64,000 bases of DNA from Octopus sinensis (taxonomy: Eukaryota): positions 93,620,001-93,684,000 of the forward strand of contig NC_042998.1 in NCBI RefSeq assembly GCF_006345805.1, in the 5' to 3' direction. The notes under the pieces were generated by a model that worked only from the letters and a program-made list of their open reading frames with translations, had not been told where the DNA came from and did no database searches. A program made the translations under genes and the position numbers. Shown here piece after piece: positions 1 to 13,126 of this stretch. The stretch's first letter is position 1, and each line of letters opens with the position of its first letter.

Positions 1-717
1 GCTACCTTAGAATCCCTATCTTAAAAGGTGTGGTTGCTAGGGCCATCTTCCCTCACTCACGCTATTTCCTCCTTTCCCTCCTTACTACTCCTCTTTCATG
101 TATACTTTGAGAGATCCACTCTCGCTATTTCCTACCTTCCCATCACGTCGGCGCGTTCTTTTAAGTATCTGTCTGTCACCAACAACACACGAGCATGAGA
201 ACAAATATTATGAATCAGATATTCTTGCGTTCATTTATGTGTGGTGTGTTTATCTATATATAAATATGTATATATAATGTTGTGTGGCGTGTGTGTGTGG
301 TGTGTTCTATATAAAATATTATATATAATGTATGTGTGTGTGTGTGTGTGTCTATATATAAATATTATATATAATGTATGTGTGTGGTGTGTGTGTTTAT
401 TATAAATATGTATATATAATGTATGTTACAAAGTGTAATACTGTATTTATGTATATTAAACTTTTTCATACTTTTTCATAGTTATATATTTTTAAACAAA
501 TTATAAATATAGTTTAATAATTTTTATTTTCAATTTAAATAATTAAATTTTTCAATTTTCAATTTTATATATTTTCTATATTATATTTTTTTAATGTTTC
601 TGTTTTTGGTTTTTCACTGTTTGATTTGCCTATTAGTGATTTTCTCTCTAATTTAATTTATATAGATATATATCTCATTTGTATATATAATGCGTGCACA
701 CACACACTCACACACAC

Positions 718-748
<31 letters not shown>

Positions 749-1146
749 ATGTGTGCATTACGTAGTCGGTCGATTCAGCTGAAAATATGCACACCTATGT
801 TAAAAGTGCTGGCAAGTTTGCATGACAACTATGTTTTTCCTCAAATGAAAGGCGTCACCTCTAGGACAAAATTCCTCATCTTATAAAATGTGACCCCAGT
901 AGACCCGAATGAAATCGGGTTATATTAACCAAAATGTGAAAAGGGGTCTAAATGGGGCTGGAAGGGGATTAAAATTTAAAGGAGCGGGTGTTTAGGAATT
1001 CTCTGTTACATCAAGCTAAAAAATTTGCGCCAGCCTTTTAATCGTCAATGTGTTGCCGTCCATGATAAAGAAGTTTTGAATAATTGCCATGGTGAGTCTA
1101 CTGTCGTGAGAAAGAATCACTTCAAAACTTGGTGTTTACGAATTTT

Positions 1147-1246
1147 NNNNNNNNNNNNNNNNNNNNNNNNNNNNNNNNNNNNNNNNNNNNNNNNNNNNNN
1201 NNNNNNNNNNNNNNNNNNNNNNNNNNNNNNNNNNNNNNNNNNNNNN
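1147..1246. other. Assembly gap (100 N)
   Basis: Run of exactly 100 N. Confidence 0.99.
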
Positions 1247-1277
1247 TACATAATTCCTCATCTCTTAAATATAGAAC
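1247..1277 (+). mobile_element. 3' tail of the HHR-bearing SINE-like family, emerging from the gap
   Basis: TACATAATTCCTCATCTCTTAAATATAGAAC is identical to 26716-26746. Confidence 0.8.
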
Positions 1278-1299
1278 AATAATAATAATAATAATAATA

Positions 1300-1512
1300 A
1301 TGGTTTCAAATTTTGGCACGAGGTTAGCAATTTCGCGGAAGGGGATAAGTCGGTTACGACGACCCCAGTGCTCAGCTGGTACTTATTTTACCGACCCTCG
1401 AAATGATGAAATGCAAAATCGGCCTCGGTGGAATTTGAACTCAGAACGTAAAGACGAACGAAATTACGCTATGGATTCTACCCAGCATGCTAACGATTCT
1501 GCCAGTTGGCCG
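1300..1512 (-). mobile_element. tRNA-derived SINE, family B
   Basis: Reverse complement of the family seen at 60928-61151; B-box-like GAGTTCAAATTCC and the shared GGTCGATAAAATAAGTACCAG-like body. Confidence 0.75.
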
Positions 1513-1616
1513 ATGATGATGATGATGAAGATAATGATTGATGCTGATGATGATGATGATGATGATGAGGAGGAGGAGGAGGAGGAGGAGAAAGAAGAGG
1601 GTGATGATGAGGAGGC

Positions 1617-1653
<37 letters not shown>

Positions 1654-1716
1654 AATGATAATGATGATGATGGTGGTGGTGGTGGTGGTGGTGGTGGTGG
1701 TGGTGGTGGTGGTGGT
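1512..1716. repeat. Compound trinucleotide microsatellite (GAT)n-(GAG)n-(GAT)n-(GGT)n
   Basis: Direct reading; explains the poly-D/E/G and poly-M/R/V ORFs. Confidence 0.95.
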
Positions 1717-1769
1717 TGTGATATATTCAGCTGCTAGTGTTTTTCACAGCTAACTGATGTTTCTTTTGC

Positions 1770-2750
1770 ACTGCCAAGACACAGATTTCTAAAAGCGTCT
1801 CCATACCCATCTGAATGTCCTTCGAAAGAGTCTGTGCAGCAAGTTGTTTTTGCCCAGCTTAATCGTAGCCGTCCTCTTTCATGTCCGTCACTAATTCTCT
1901 ATAGTATACTAGGATCGTGGTTTTCTTAAGACGATAGTCTAGTCGTTAGAACTCTGTAAATACATGCAACATTCCAGTTTCCACATGTTCACCGATGTCT
2001 ACAGCTCCGTCAGATGTTCTTGCCGAGGGAAAACTTTGTCACAAAAAATGCATATTTTCTTTGCTCTGGGCTCATTTCTAGGGGTAAGTTTCAACAATAG
2101 GCACCCGTTTGTATCGACTTAACTTTCCAGCTTCTAAGACGCAGGTATATTGGCTTGTCTTGGTTTACCTTTCTTTCAGTTATATGCTCATAGTATCCCA
2201 GTTTATTCTGCATCCGTTCCATTACCAAGGGTCCGACAGCAAGAACATGACATCGTCCATATTTATGTATTCTACATACCAATTGCCTTCAAAACACTAA
2301 AACTTTCCAGTAAACTTTCCTTAGGTAATAAAAGCAATGAGAGTGAATAACCTTTGTTGAACAGGATCAACTAGCTCTAAGCAATGTCAATGAATGGTAC
2401 TTTGCAGGATGCATTAACTACAAAATATGTAGTTGTACAGAGTGGTCTTGTATGGGAACTACCTAACTGCAGTATATTGTCGGGACAGGTACAGATAGTT
2501 TGACCTGTAGAAAGATATGAATAGATCGAAATTAATCAAAGAACCACCGAAACCGCATTTAGTATCTATTCTCTTCATAGTGGATTGTGAGGTTGTCCTT
2601 GTTCACTCTGCCTGGAAATTTACATGTTTGTGTCAGAGCCACACTCCCACCGAAAATAAATGCCACCTTTTTATGAGTACTTCAGCCAATATCTTTAAAC
2701 GCTTGTGGTAGGGAACATAAAAGGCTACAAGCCTCAAGGCCTCTCTATTA
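1770..2750 (-). mobile_element. Highly decayed RTE-like LINE remnant (C-terminal region)
   Basis: Minus-strand fragments MQNKLGYYEHITER and DGHERGRLRLSWAK resemble RTE ...LRWYGHV.R... and G.R.RGRP..W motifs; many stops. Confidence 0.4.
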
Positions 2751-3074
2751 TTAACACAAATGTCCACTGTGACTAATCAAGCCCCGGAAACAAACATAGA
2801 TGCTACTATAATGATTAGATCTTTCTAAATCACCATTGCTACCCTACACGAACCGCAACCGCCAAATGAAGAATACAGTTCATAATATTCGTAATTATCA
2901 AGTAGAACTTCGTATAATTGGAATTCAGAAAACCTAGATAAACTGATAGCAGCTTTATCTGTACTAAGTGACTCGATATCATTCAGCAAAAGTCCTTTCT
3001 TCTGAAGAAGTCTCAAACAGCACACATTCAGCCTTCTTAGTTTCTTCTACATGTTATAAACGAAGATAAACGAA

Positions 3075-3398
<324 letters not shown>

Positions 3399-3988
3399 TT
3401 GCGGGTCCTTAATTGCCTATTTCATAGCTTAGAATTTAGCGTGCCTTTCGAAGCTTCGAAATCCTAAATAAAAAAGATAAAATGTCTGCACATACATGTA
3501 CACACATATACTTATTTTGTTTTTATTTGATTAAAAAAATATATAAAAAGTATTTGTTATATTTCGGAATGGTCATATAAATATAAAATATATATAAAAT
3601 ATATATAAAATATATATAAAAAGCTTTTGTATATATATATATATATATATATATACATTTATATATATATGTGTGTGTGTGTATGTATGTATTTACTTAT
3701 TTATTTTAACGTCTTCTTTTTCGTCATGTACGTGTATATATATGCATGTGTGTTTTTGTGGGTGTGTGTATTATGTATATGCATATACATACACACACAC
3801 ATATACACTAACACACGCGCGAAGTTGCTAAAGCGTTGATAAAATACCGTATACTATTCCTCTACCCTTTTTATACTATCTATGTTAAAATACCAATCAT
3901 TTCAAATTTAATTTTACATCCTTTCGGGATGAATAAAATATCAGTCGATATTTCATCTCCATCCCTCCCCCGCTCCACTCTCCCTCTG

Positions 3989-4036
<48 letters not shown>

Positions 4037-4267
4037 CATCTTGCTCGCTCACTCTCGCTCTCTCTCTCTTTAGTATTTTTTTTTCAATCTGGTACGTATT
4101 TTATCAGTCTCTTCCGCTCAAACCGCTAAATTACGAAGACGCTAACTCATCAACATAAACTGTCAACCGGTGGAGCTGACATATACACCTATTTAGGCAC
4201 TCACATATACACACATGCATACATACATACATACATACATACATACATACATACATACATACACACA

Positions 4268-4520
4268 CCTGTCGTGTATATATATATATATTTATATATG
4301 TATATGTATATATATAAAGTATATATGTGCATATGTCTTTGTATCTGTGTTTGTCCTCCCACCACACCTCTAGACAATCCGTGTTGGTGTGTTTGTGTCA
4401 CCGTAACTTAGCGATTCGGGAAAAGAGACCAATCGAATTAGTACCAAACTTACAAAAATAAGTTCTGGGGTTAATTCATTCGACTAAAAATTCATGGAGT
4501 TGCCCCAGCATGACTAAAAC
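4268..4520 (+). mobile_element. SINE family A, 3' half, decayed
   Basis: GTGTTTGTCC...CGTAACTTAGCG...GAGACC...AATAAGTTCTGGGGT matches the 3' half of 17565-17982. Confidence 0.7.
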
Positions 4521-4561
4521 ACAGACACACACACACATAGACACATACATACATACATACA

Positions 4562-4593
<32 letters not shown>

Positions 4594-4804
4594 GACACAT
4601 ACATACATACATACATACATACATACATACATACATACATACATACATACATACATACCATACCATACCATACATACGCCAGCTTAATTTAATTCGTCCT
4701 GCTGTTAATGTCCTTTATTTGCATTTGTATTTGTGTACCATTTCTGCGTTTTTTCCGTCCTTGTCTTCGTATACATTCATTGATTTCTTTCAAGGAATCT
4801 AGTG

Positions 4805-4930
4805 CTCTTAGCTTAGTTTCTCCTTGGGGCTAGCCAGATTGGAGCAATCTAGAGTATAAGCAGCCGAAATTGCAACGATAATCTGGAACTCGACTGAAGA
4901 AAGAAAACTCCGAATGACCCGTCCTAGTTG
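4805..4930 (+). mobile_element. PLE-terminal-repeat-like segment, same family as 7855-8636
   Basis: CTTAGCTT...CCTTGGGGCT...CAGCCGAAATT...GACTGAAGAA...GAAT...GTCC aligns by eye to the reverse complement of 7912-8030. Confidence 0.55.
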
Positions 4931-5015
4931 TTTTTTTTTTGTATCGTTTACATGGATGTTTTGTTGTCCCTTTTTTGTATAATTTGCCTGGATGTTTTGC
5001 GTTCTTGTCTCATTC

Positions 5016-5326
5016 TTGGTATTCCTTTATATATATTTGGAGAGAAGATATTTTTCTCAAAGAGATTTCGCAAAATGTGTGTGGCTTTTGCCTTTGTAGA
5101 TGTGCAAGCGCTTTCAGTTCTTAACATTTTCAAGCAGTGCTTGAAAACGTTCAGAATTGAAAGCGCTTGCACATCTATAAAAGCAAAAGCCACACACATT
5201 TTGTGAAATCTCTTCCCAAAAGTTAGTGCCTTTCAAGTTTCTGAAACACGTTCTTTTCTCAGTCTTATCTCTTTGAGAAAAACAATCTTCTCTCCAAATA
5301 TTATAACTGTATCAAGGAATTTCCAA
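5016..5326. repeat. Foldback / MITE-like inverted repeat
   Basis: 75-bp arms 5062-5136 and 5138-5212 (6 mismatches), plus outer arms ~5016-5065 vs ~5267-5326 separated by a ~55-nt right-arm insert. Confidence 0.85.
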
Positions 5327-5367
5327 AGCACTCCAAATATATATACATTTTATATATATATATATAT

Positions 5368-5532
5368 ACGACAGGCTTCTTTCAGTTTCCGTCTACCAAA
5401 CCCACTCACAAGTCTTTGGTCGGGCCCGAGACTATCGTAGAAGACAGTTGCCCGAGGTGCCACGCAGTAAGACTGAACCCAAAACTATGTGACTGGGAAG
5501 TAAGCTTCTTACCACACAGCCACGCCGGCGCC
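5368..5532 (-). mobile_element. SINE family A, 5' half
   Basis: Reverse complement of the GGCGC..GGCGTGGCTGTGTGGTAAG...GGAAACTGAAAGAAGCC head. Confidence 0.85.
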
Positions 5533-5543
5533 TATCTGTATAT

Positions 5544-5589
<46 letters not shown>

Positions 5590-6757
5590 AGATAGATAGA
5601 TATAATACATGCATGTGAGTGTATCTGCGCGCGCGACACTGTTGTAGTAGTGCTTAAGAAACAATGGAAGAATAACTAAGAAATAACGTCGCTAGTAACA
5701 CTATATAATGTAGATAATACACACTTTCGTACACACACACATACGCACACACACTCATTCACACATAGACACCCACACAATGAAAGGATATCGGTATTTG
5801 CTACCAAACCAGAATTTTTTAATGGTGCTAACCCGTCCTATTTGCTCTGTTTTATGAGCCCGACGTAGCCATAAAGGAATGATATATCGGGATTGCTTCA
5901 ATAGTGTCAGCGACATGCAGACGTTAAGTAGAACCATGAATGAATAGATGACCCCGTGGAATTAACAGAATATAATAATAGGTAGAAATAAATAGAACAA
6001 TATTCAAGAACCCATAGAACAACGAAAGGGAGAGAAAGAGGGAGATGGAAAAAGAGCGAGAGTCACATAAAATGTTGCAGAACAAGAATCCCTGGATTTG
6101 TCTCAAGCAATATGTATAAAAAAATATCAGTGAAAAAAGCAACCATAAAGTTAATCACATACGAGGAAAGACAAAGAAAACAAACCGTAGCCAAAAAATC
6201 TACGATATTTGTTATTATTATTACAAAATAACTCGAGGCTGAGAACGTGATGATTGGGAAACTGAAACATTAAGATTTAATAACAATATTTTCTCTCATG
6301 CTGGAGTTCGAAAACAATGGAGGAAAGAACGACGAAGTGTGGGTGGGATAGAAAAGAAACGAGAAAAAAAAAACAAAAAAAAAACAACAGAGGAAGAAAA
6401 AGAAAGGAAAGAAATAGCAGAGCAGAGCGAGAGGATGAATGAAAGGTGTAGGGAAAAAATAACAACAAAGTTACAAAGAGAAAGCAAAGAAGAAAAGCGA
6501 AAAAGAAAAGAATGAGAAAGAAAGAAAATAAATATAGAAAGAGGAAATAAAAGAGATAAAAAGTAATGAAAGGCGAATTGTTGATATATAAAATGTAGTT
6601 TGACTATTTGGGGTGGGAAATAGAATCATTTATCACTGTATTTCAGGACCATAAAACTAATTGCAGCGCCGCCATAATAGTAGTGTCACGTCTTACTAGT
6701 GATGTTTTTTAAGCGTTGACCAAATTTGATGAAGAAGCAATATGCACGTGACAAATA

Positions 6758-6801
<44 letters not shown>

Positions 6802-6806
<5 letters not shown>

Positions 6807-7197
6807 GAACCTCGGTTTTCGAACAACCCTGATCACGAATAAATCGTACTTTATCTCCTGCCTTTCTCATATTCATTTAATACAGTAGTATTTAATACGA
6901 ACGCCTCTGACCACGAATAAGTTGTGCTTTATATATATAAAGTTAATCCAAACAAGAAAACAAAAAGACAACAACGCGAGGATGTGGAACAAATAAAGTA
7001 TTATTGGACGCTCAGGAAAGAAGGGAAGAAGGAGGGTATGACGTTTCGAGCGGAGCTCTTCGTCGGAAACATAGGAGAAAGAAAGATCCCGAGGTGGGAG
7101 GACAGAGGAAAAAAAATTGCATATATTTATATACATATATATATATAAAGCACGATTAAGTCGTGATCAGGCTTGTTCGAAAACCGAGGAGCTACTG
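6802..7197. mobile_element. pogo/Tigger-like MITE (CAGTAG-type TIR, TA site) carrying a nested insertion
   Basis: ~50-bp TIRs 6802-6851 and 7148-7197 (7 mismatches); right end CTACTG|TA. Confidence 0.8.
6933..7138 (-). mobile_element. PLE-terminal-repeat fragment with HHR-like motif (7034-7073) inserted in the MITE
   Basis: Minus strand CCGACGA-A-GAGC-TCC-GCTC-GAAA-CG-TC; flanked by ATATATATAAAG direct repeats (6921-6932, 7139-7150); homologous to 13740-13940. Confidence 0.65.
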
Positions 7198-7289
7198 TAT
7201 ATATAAATACATATACACACACGCACACACATATATGTCACGTGCATATTGCTTCTCATCAAATTTGGTCAACGCTTCAACAAAATCTA

Positions 7290-7854
<565 letters not shown>

Positions 7855-7856
<2 letters not shown>

Positions 7857-8636
7857 GAATAAAACTTATATATAAAGAACGTGAAATTCACGAATTGCCA
7901 AACACGGAAAAACGGACAGTAATTCAGAGCCTTCATTCTTCAGTCAGAAACCGATTCATCATGGCAAATTTCGGCTGTTTAATTCTGAGATTTGCTCCGA
8001 AAAGGCCAGCCCCAAGGAAAAGCTAAGCTATGGGCAGAAGGAAAGAATGTGACAACCGAGACGAATAGGAAAACAAGAGACGAAGATAAACTTGGAAACA
8101 GTAACGAATAAAAACAGGAATGATACGGGGGCGTCTTACGACTTTGAGACAAAATGAGACAAAACAATTGATCAGCAAGCGTGGGAAACGGTTACCTTTT
8201 CGGTAGAGGAGACATGTGTTGTACAGGCGGCTGTCAGCAGTGGAATGGCTTAGCAGCAGCAGGTTGCAAGAAGGTGAGAGAGAAAGAGAGAGGGGGGATT
8301 GAGGAGGGCCGAGAAATGACCAAGAGAGAGAGAGAAAGAAAGAATTAAAGAGGGTGAGAGGAAGGGGCGCCAAAATAACTTGGTAAAGAGGCGCCAAAAT
8401 ACCTTGAGGAAGAAGCAATGGCGGATGATAAAGGGGAAGTTTAAAGTTGAAGACATCGTGCAATAGTGGAGATATGACAAACATAAATGGATTGGTGCAC
8501 GTACGCTGCGATAATATAGAATAAAACTTATATATAAAGAACGTGAAATTCACGAATTGACAAACACGGAAAAACGGACAGTAATTCAGAGCCTTCATTC
8601 TTCAGTCAGAAACCGATTCATCATGGCAAATTTCGG
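7855..8636 (-). mobile_element. ~780-bp non-coding element bounded by 120-bp direct repeats (PLE pLTR / retrozyme-like)
   Basis: 7855-7974 and 8517-8636 differ at one base; each contains minus-strand CTGAAGA...GAAT. Confidence 0.6.
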
Positions 8637-8706
8637 TTTGTGTGTGTGTGTGTGTGTGTAGATATATGGAAAAAAGTCAAGGTAGAAAATACTATAAAAA
8701 AGATTT

Positions 8707-8742
8707 CAGTACCGGTTTCAGTCATTGAGACTTTTTCAACTG
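8707..8742 (-). ncRNA. Minimal type I hammerhead ribozyme, U3-A8 core variant
   Basis: CAG-TTGAAAA-AGTC-TCAAT-GACT-GAAA-CCGG-TA-CTG: stem I CAG/CTG, stem II AGTC/GACT, palindromic stem III ACCGGT. Confidence 0.6.
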
Positions 8743-8889
8743 TAAGTATGGAAAACAATTAAATTTTGGAAAAAATTAAATGAAAAGTTTTTTTTTAATA
8801 TTTGCATAGTATTCAAATATAAGGGGCATGTTCCTTGTTTCTGCCTGTCTCTGTCTCTCTTGTTTATTCTTGTGGGTTCGTGGTCGTTG

Positions 8890-8952
<63 letters not shown>

Positions 8953-9243
8953 CATATATATAATATATGTATATATAGTGTGTGCGTGTGTATATATAGT
9001 ATATATATATGTATATTTATATATATATATGTTTAAATATAAATGTATGTGTGTTTTGTCAGTGTTTACAAACAACACGGAAAAAATAAATAGTTACCAG
9101 GGTAGCAAAAAATCACACAAGTAACAAGGATGTAACAACCTGTTTATAAAGGTAGAAACTCCGGTTTAGGTGAAATGTTTTGTATAATAGAGATCAATAA
9201 ATAAATGGAGTTAAATGCAGGTGTTATTCAAATTCTATTACTG

Positions 9244-9325
9244 CCGACATATGTTTCGAAGACAACATCGGTATTATTCCAGAAAGAATAAAATGTTGTA
9301 AAACAATGCAATCTTTTCATCAGGG
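9244..9325 (-). ncRNA. Hammerhead motif with long stem II, downstream of a PLE remnant
   Basis: CC-CTGATGA-A-AAGA...ACAACAT...ATGTTGT-CTTC-GAAA-CATATG-TC-GG; palindromic ACATATGT stem III. Confidence 0.6.
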
Positions 9326-9649
9326 AAAGAAAGAAACCAAACACATCAATAAGACATTTTAACAGAATGTTATGACTGCGTATAATGATGAAGGAACGCT
9401 TATAAGTTGTTTTTTTTTAAAAAACCGTTAGTAGATATAATGTCAAAGGTAGCATAAAGAAAGAGAAGGAAGAGAAAGAAAGAAATTAGCAGGAAACTAA
9501 TAGTGGAGAAATATTGAGCGATGGGTGGTTTAGAATAAAGCTTAAAAGCGTGCAATTAGATATATTTAGTGGGAGTGAAATGTAAGAAGACAATCAAAGG
9601 TCAAATTATATAGAATGGTAGAAATCACTTATAGGTATTAAAGGTATGT

Positions 9650-9964
9650 TCTATAGACGTGTTTACAAGGGGATGCTCTGAGAATAGGATATAAAACATT
9701 TCGCTATTACAAAGCGAGCAGAAATGCTTACCTTTATCATACGGTAACGAAATAGAGAGAATATTCATTTCCAAATTAAATTGTTTTTAGATACCAGATA
9801 AATTTACTAAGCCCTGTATTGTTACGTTTATTGATATGCCTAAATTTAGGCATATCAATAAACGTTGTTTGTAACTTTTGGTGAGCCATGGCGCAACCAA
9901 CAACATGGTTAAAATCCCTGCCATTAGTTTGAAGTGAATTGGCAATATCAAATAATCCATTCAC
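9650..9964 (-). mobile_element. Penelope-like element remnant, GIY-YIG C-terminal region
   Basis: HINKRNNTGLSKFIWYLK followed by ...KHFCSLCNSEMFYIL matches the PLE T.LSK.IW.LK and C.LC..EK..IL motifs; frameshifted. Confidence 0.65.
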
Positions 9965-10446
9965 AACATATATTTAAATGAAACATATATTTAAATGAAA
10001 TATTATCATCACTTACATGGAAAAATTGAAATATTATAAGGTAAAATCTTAAATTATTAATTGACACATTAATTATCTTATAACAGCAATGCCTGTAAAA
10101 ATCATGGATTACATGGAAAAATGCGAGCATGAAAAGTAATATTCTTAAGATTATAAACCTGGAAAAGTAGAGGACAAGTTATTACACCTGAAAAAGTTAT
10201 TACACCTGTAAAAGCTATAACTTCTAGTAAAGTAAAGAATAAGAAAATTTTACATAAAATATTGCAGCTAAAATTAAAATTTGAAAATTAAAACTATATT
10301 TATTAAAGTAGAATGTGGCTAATTTACTACCATAAATACAGAAAAAGGTGACTAATTATACAAACTTACAAATTAGCTGAAATGTTTCGTACAATAAATT
10401 TAAAAGATGAGAACTGTAAAGAGTGATAAATTAGAACTGGCATTCT

Positions 10447-11466
10447 TTGCTCCACCAGAATATTAAGGTCACGATAGACTACCCCACTAAACACCCTAAC
10501 CATAGACTACCAGTACTAGACACAGAACTCTGGCTGGAAACTGAGAATAATAAAACCCGAATCCTTCATTCGTACTATGCCAAACCTATGGCCTCCAAAT
10601 ACTTGATCCACCGGAACTCAGCTATCGCGCACAATGTCAAATTCAATATTTTGATGGCAGACCTCGTCAGAATAATGCGAAATTTGTTCCGCATGTGCGA
10701 GCCTACAAAGTTAAAGAGACACATACAACATTTCGTTCACCGCATGCAGCTCTCAGGTTACAGCCATAAAGAAATGGTCAGAGTATACAAAGGAGCCATG
10801 TTATGTAATGATAGGAATGGGATTTGCCCACTCTATAGGAGCAAGCCATGGAACACCATTGAAAGGACTAAGAAGAAAATAGGGAAGGCCAACTCTTGGT
10901 ATGATAGCCACAAATACCAGAGTGTCATGTTCGTCGACACCACCCCTAGAGGCGGACAGGCGTACCGCTTTAAAAGGGCCTTAAACAAACTTAAGCAAAG
11001 GATTAAGGTTGTTGAAAAGCCAGGCAACCCTATCAAATCCCTAATTGGTAGTACCTACCCTTTTAGTAGAACCCCCTGTACGGATAGGAACTGTACTGTG
11101 TGTAGATTTAGCCCACAAACAAACTGTAAAGCCAGAAATGTAGTCTATAGTATAAGATGTATAGAGGGACGATGCAGTAACAAGACAACGACATACGTAG
11201 GGGAAACGGCACGGAGCATAGGAGAGTGGGTAAATGGACATTGGAGAGAACTTCAGGAAGAAAAGAGCTCATCGGTTCTGTACCAACACGCCGAGCAGGA
11301 ACACGGGGGCTCACTCAATAACATAGAAGTTAAAACCTTGTCCACACATAGAACAAACGCAACAATCAGACAAATTACGGAAGCTACACATATAAGAGAA
11401 GATAAACCTAGCCTGAATAGGAAACTGGAATGGAACACTAGTACACACACCCCCAACACACCATAG
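10447..11466 (+). mobile_element. Penelope-like retrotransposon, 5'-truncated: RT thumb, Cys-rich linker and GIY-YIG endonuclease (339-aa open frame)
   Basis: LPVLDTELW, YYAKPMASKYLIHRNSA, CTDRNCTVC...NCKARNVVYSIRC...C...TYVGETARSI, and EATHIREDKPSLN at the end. Confidence 0.9.
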
Positions 11467-11860
11467 CATATTAAAGAAGATCTCCATAAACTTGAAACAA
11501 TATAAACAAAACTAAAAACATAATAAAATACACAGATAAAGAAACAAATGGAAGTAAATAACAAGATACATTAATAAAAAATTTAACTAAATACAACCAA
11601 AAAAAAATAATAAGTAGGTGTAAACACATGAACAAAATAAAAATAAACAAAAACAAATTACAGGAACGCGTATAAACAGGTATAAACAGGCGATACAAAT
11701 ATTACAGGAACTTCCCCTCACACACATACACTAACTAAACATAGACACATATAGAGGCATACGCATGCGCAAATGAAGACACATACAATAGGAATACAAA
11801 ATACAAAATGGCAGACCGTTAGTAAGGAGAGACACACAAATAAGAAAGAAGAAAGCAAAG

Positions 11861-11904
11861 GACCACTGATGAGGTCACAGAAGTGTGACGAAAGAACTCT
11901 GGCC
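11861..11904 (+). ncRNA. Minimal type I hammerhead ribozyme in the PLE 3' repeat
   Basis: CCA-CTGATGA-G-GTCACA-GAAG-TGTGAC-GAAA-GAAC-TC-TGG; intact core, 6-bp stem II, sense to the PLE ORF. Confidence 0.8.
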
Positions 11905-12030
11905 GAAATAAGATTAAGATTAATGTAAAAACTAAATAATGCTGAAGCAAATTAACACGAAATATATAGTGCGTGTGTTTTTATTGGCTAAACTGGCAAA
12001 ATGACCATTCCTAAATACAACAACAATATA

Positions 12031-12077
<47 letters not shown>

Positions 12078-12146
12078 CACACATGTTATATACATATGCA
12101 TGTATATATGTATATATATATGTATATATATGTATATATATATGTA

Positions 12147-12198
<52 letters not shown>

Positions 12199-13126
12199 TA
12201 CATATATACATATATTGTGTGTGTGTTATGTGCTTTGTAACAGCACTGGAACAGTTTTGCTCCTATTTTTAGCAATGTAGGTGTTATCCACACCCATGTA
12301 TGTATGTATGTATGTATATAATTGTTCTGCGAACATGATGTATACAGACACAAACCCAAACACATTAAGTTCTCACGCACACATACGTTGTATGTATATA
12401 TGTTTTTTCACATACTTTTGATATGATTTTTTTCCTTATTTATATAAGTGTGTTCGATATTTCCCATATATACTAGATCCACCGTTCTGAACATCATAAC
12501 TTCTTGATCACTACATATTGAATACTGTGAATGTATTCAATACATGCATCACATTAAATCGATCAGATTGTGTAGTGTTCACTACTTGTATGCTTAGATT
12601 ATAGGTGGGCTCACACATACATTAAAGATTAAAAAAATATATATGTTTATTTGTGTGAGTGTCTGTATTTGTGTGTAAGTGTATGTGTGTACGTGTACGC
12701 TGGGCTTACCCCAGGTCACTAACAACATATTGTATTGAAACCGAACGAAACGGAGTATATTTAACGATATACCCCTTATTACATCACCTGACGAGACGCT
12801 TCTGCACCGAGTAACGCACCACAGCTAGTTGTATAGTTTCCTGGTCGCGAGGGATCGATGCAGGATGTATCGAGACGATCGTTGTGAGCAATAAAGTTTC
12901 CCGTGTATTCCATTTTCCGTCTCAATCATTTGTTTTATACCTAACGTACACCTAGGAATTCCTGAGGTAGATCCAGCGACATTTGTGTAATTTCCGTGGA
13001 TGACATCCGGTAGCCATTGACAGTGAACATGTTTTATCGGCGTACTACTAGGAACAGGAACTATAGGAAAAGTTGAAAATGGAAACAAACGTTCAAGATG
13101 TTATCAAGTCATTTAAATCTTCATAT

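Noticed and set aside
996-1091. Possible host exon ending at CATG|GTGAGT (~1091)
   Set aside because: Good donor, but no polypyrimidine acceptor, no recognisable protein and no partner exon.
4268-5532. SINE A 3' half (+) and 5' half (-) as one copy broken by a 1.1-kb inversion
   Set aside because: CCTGTCGT is present at both sites and divergence differs; two separate insertions explain it as well.
12780-13088. GC-richer block; minus ORF with faint sushi-like or Tc1-like resemblance; CTGACGA at ~12788
   Set aside because: No convincing motif set, stops in candidate frames, and no GAAA or stems for an HHR.
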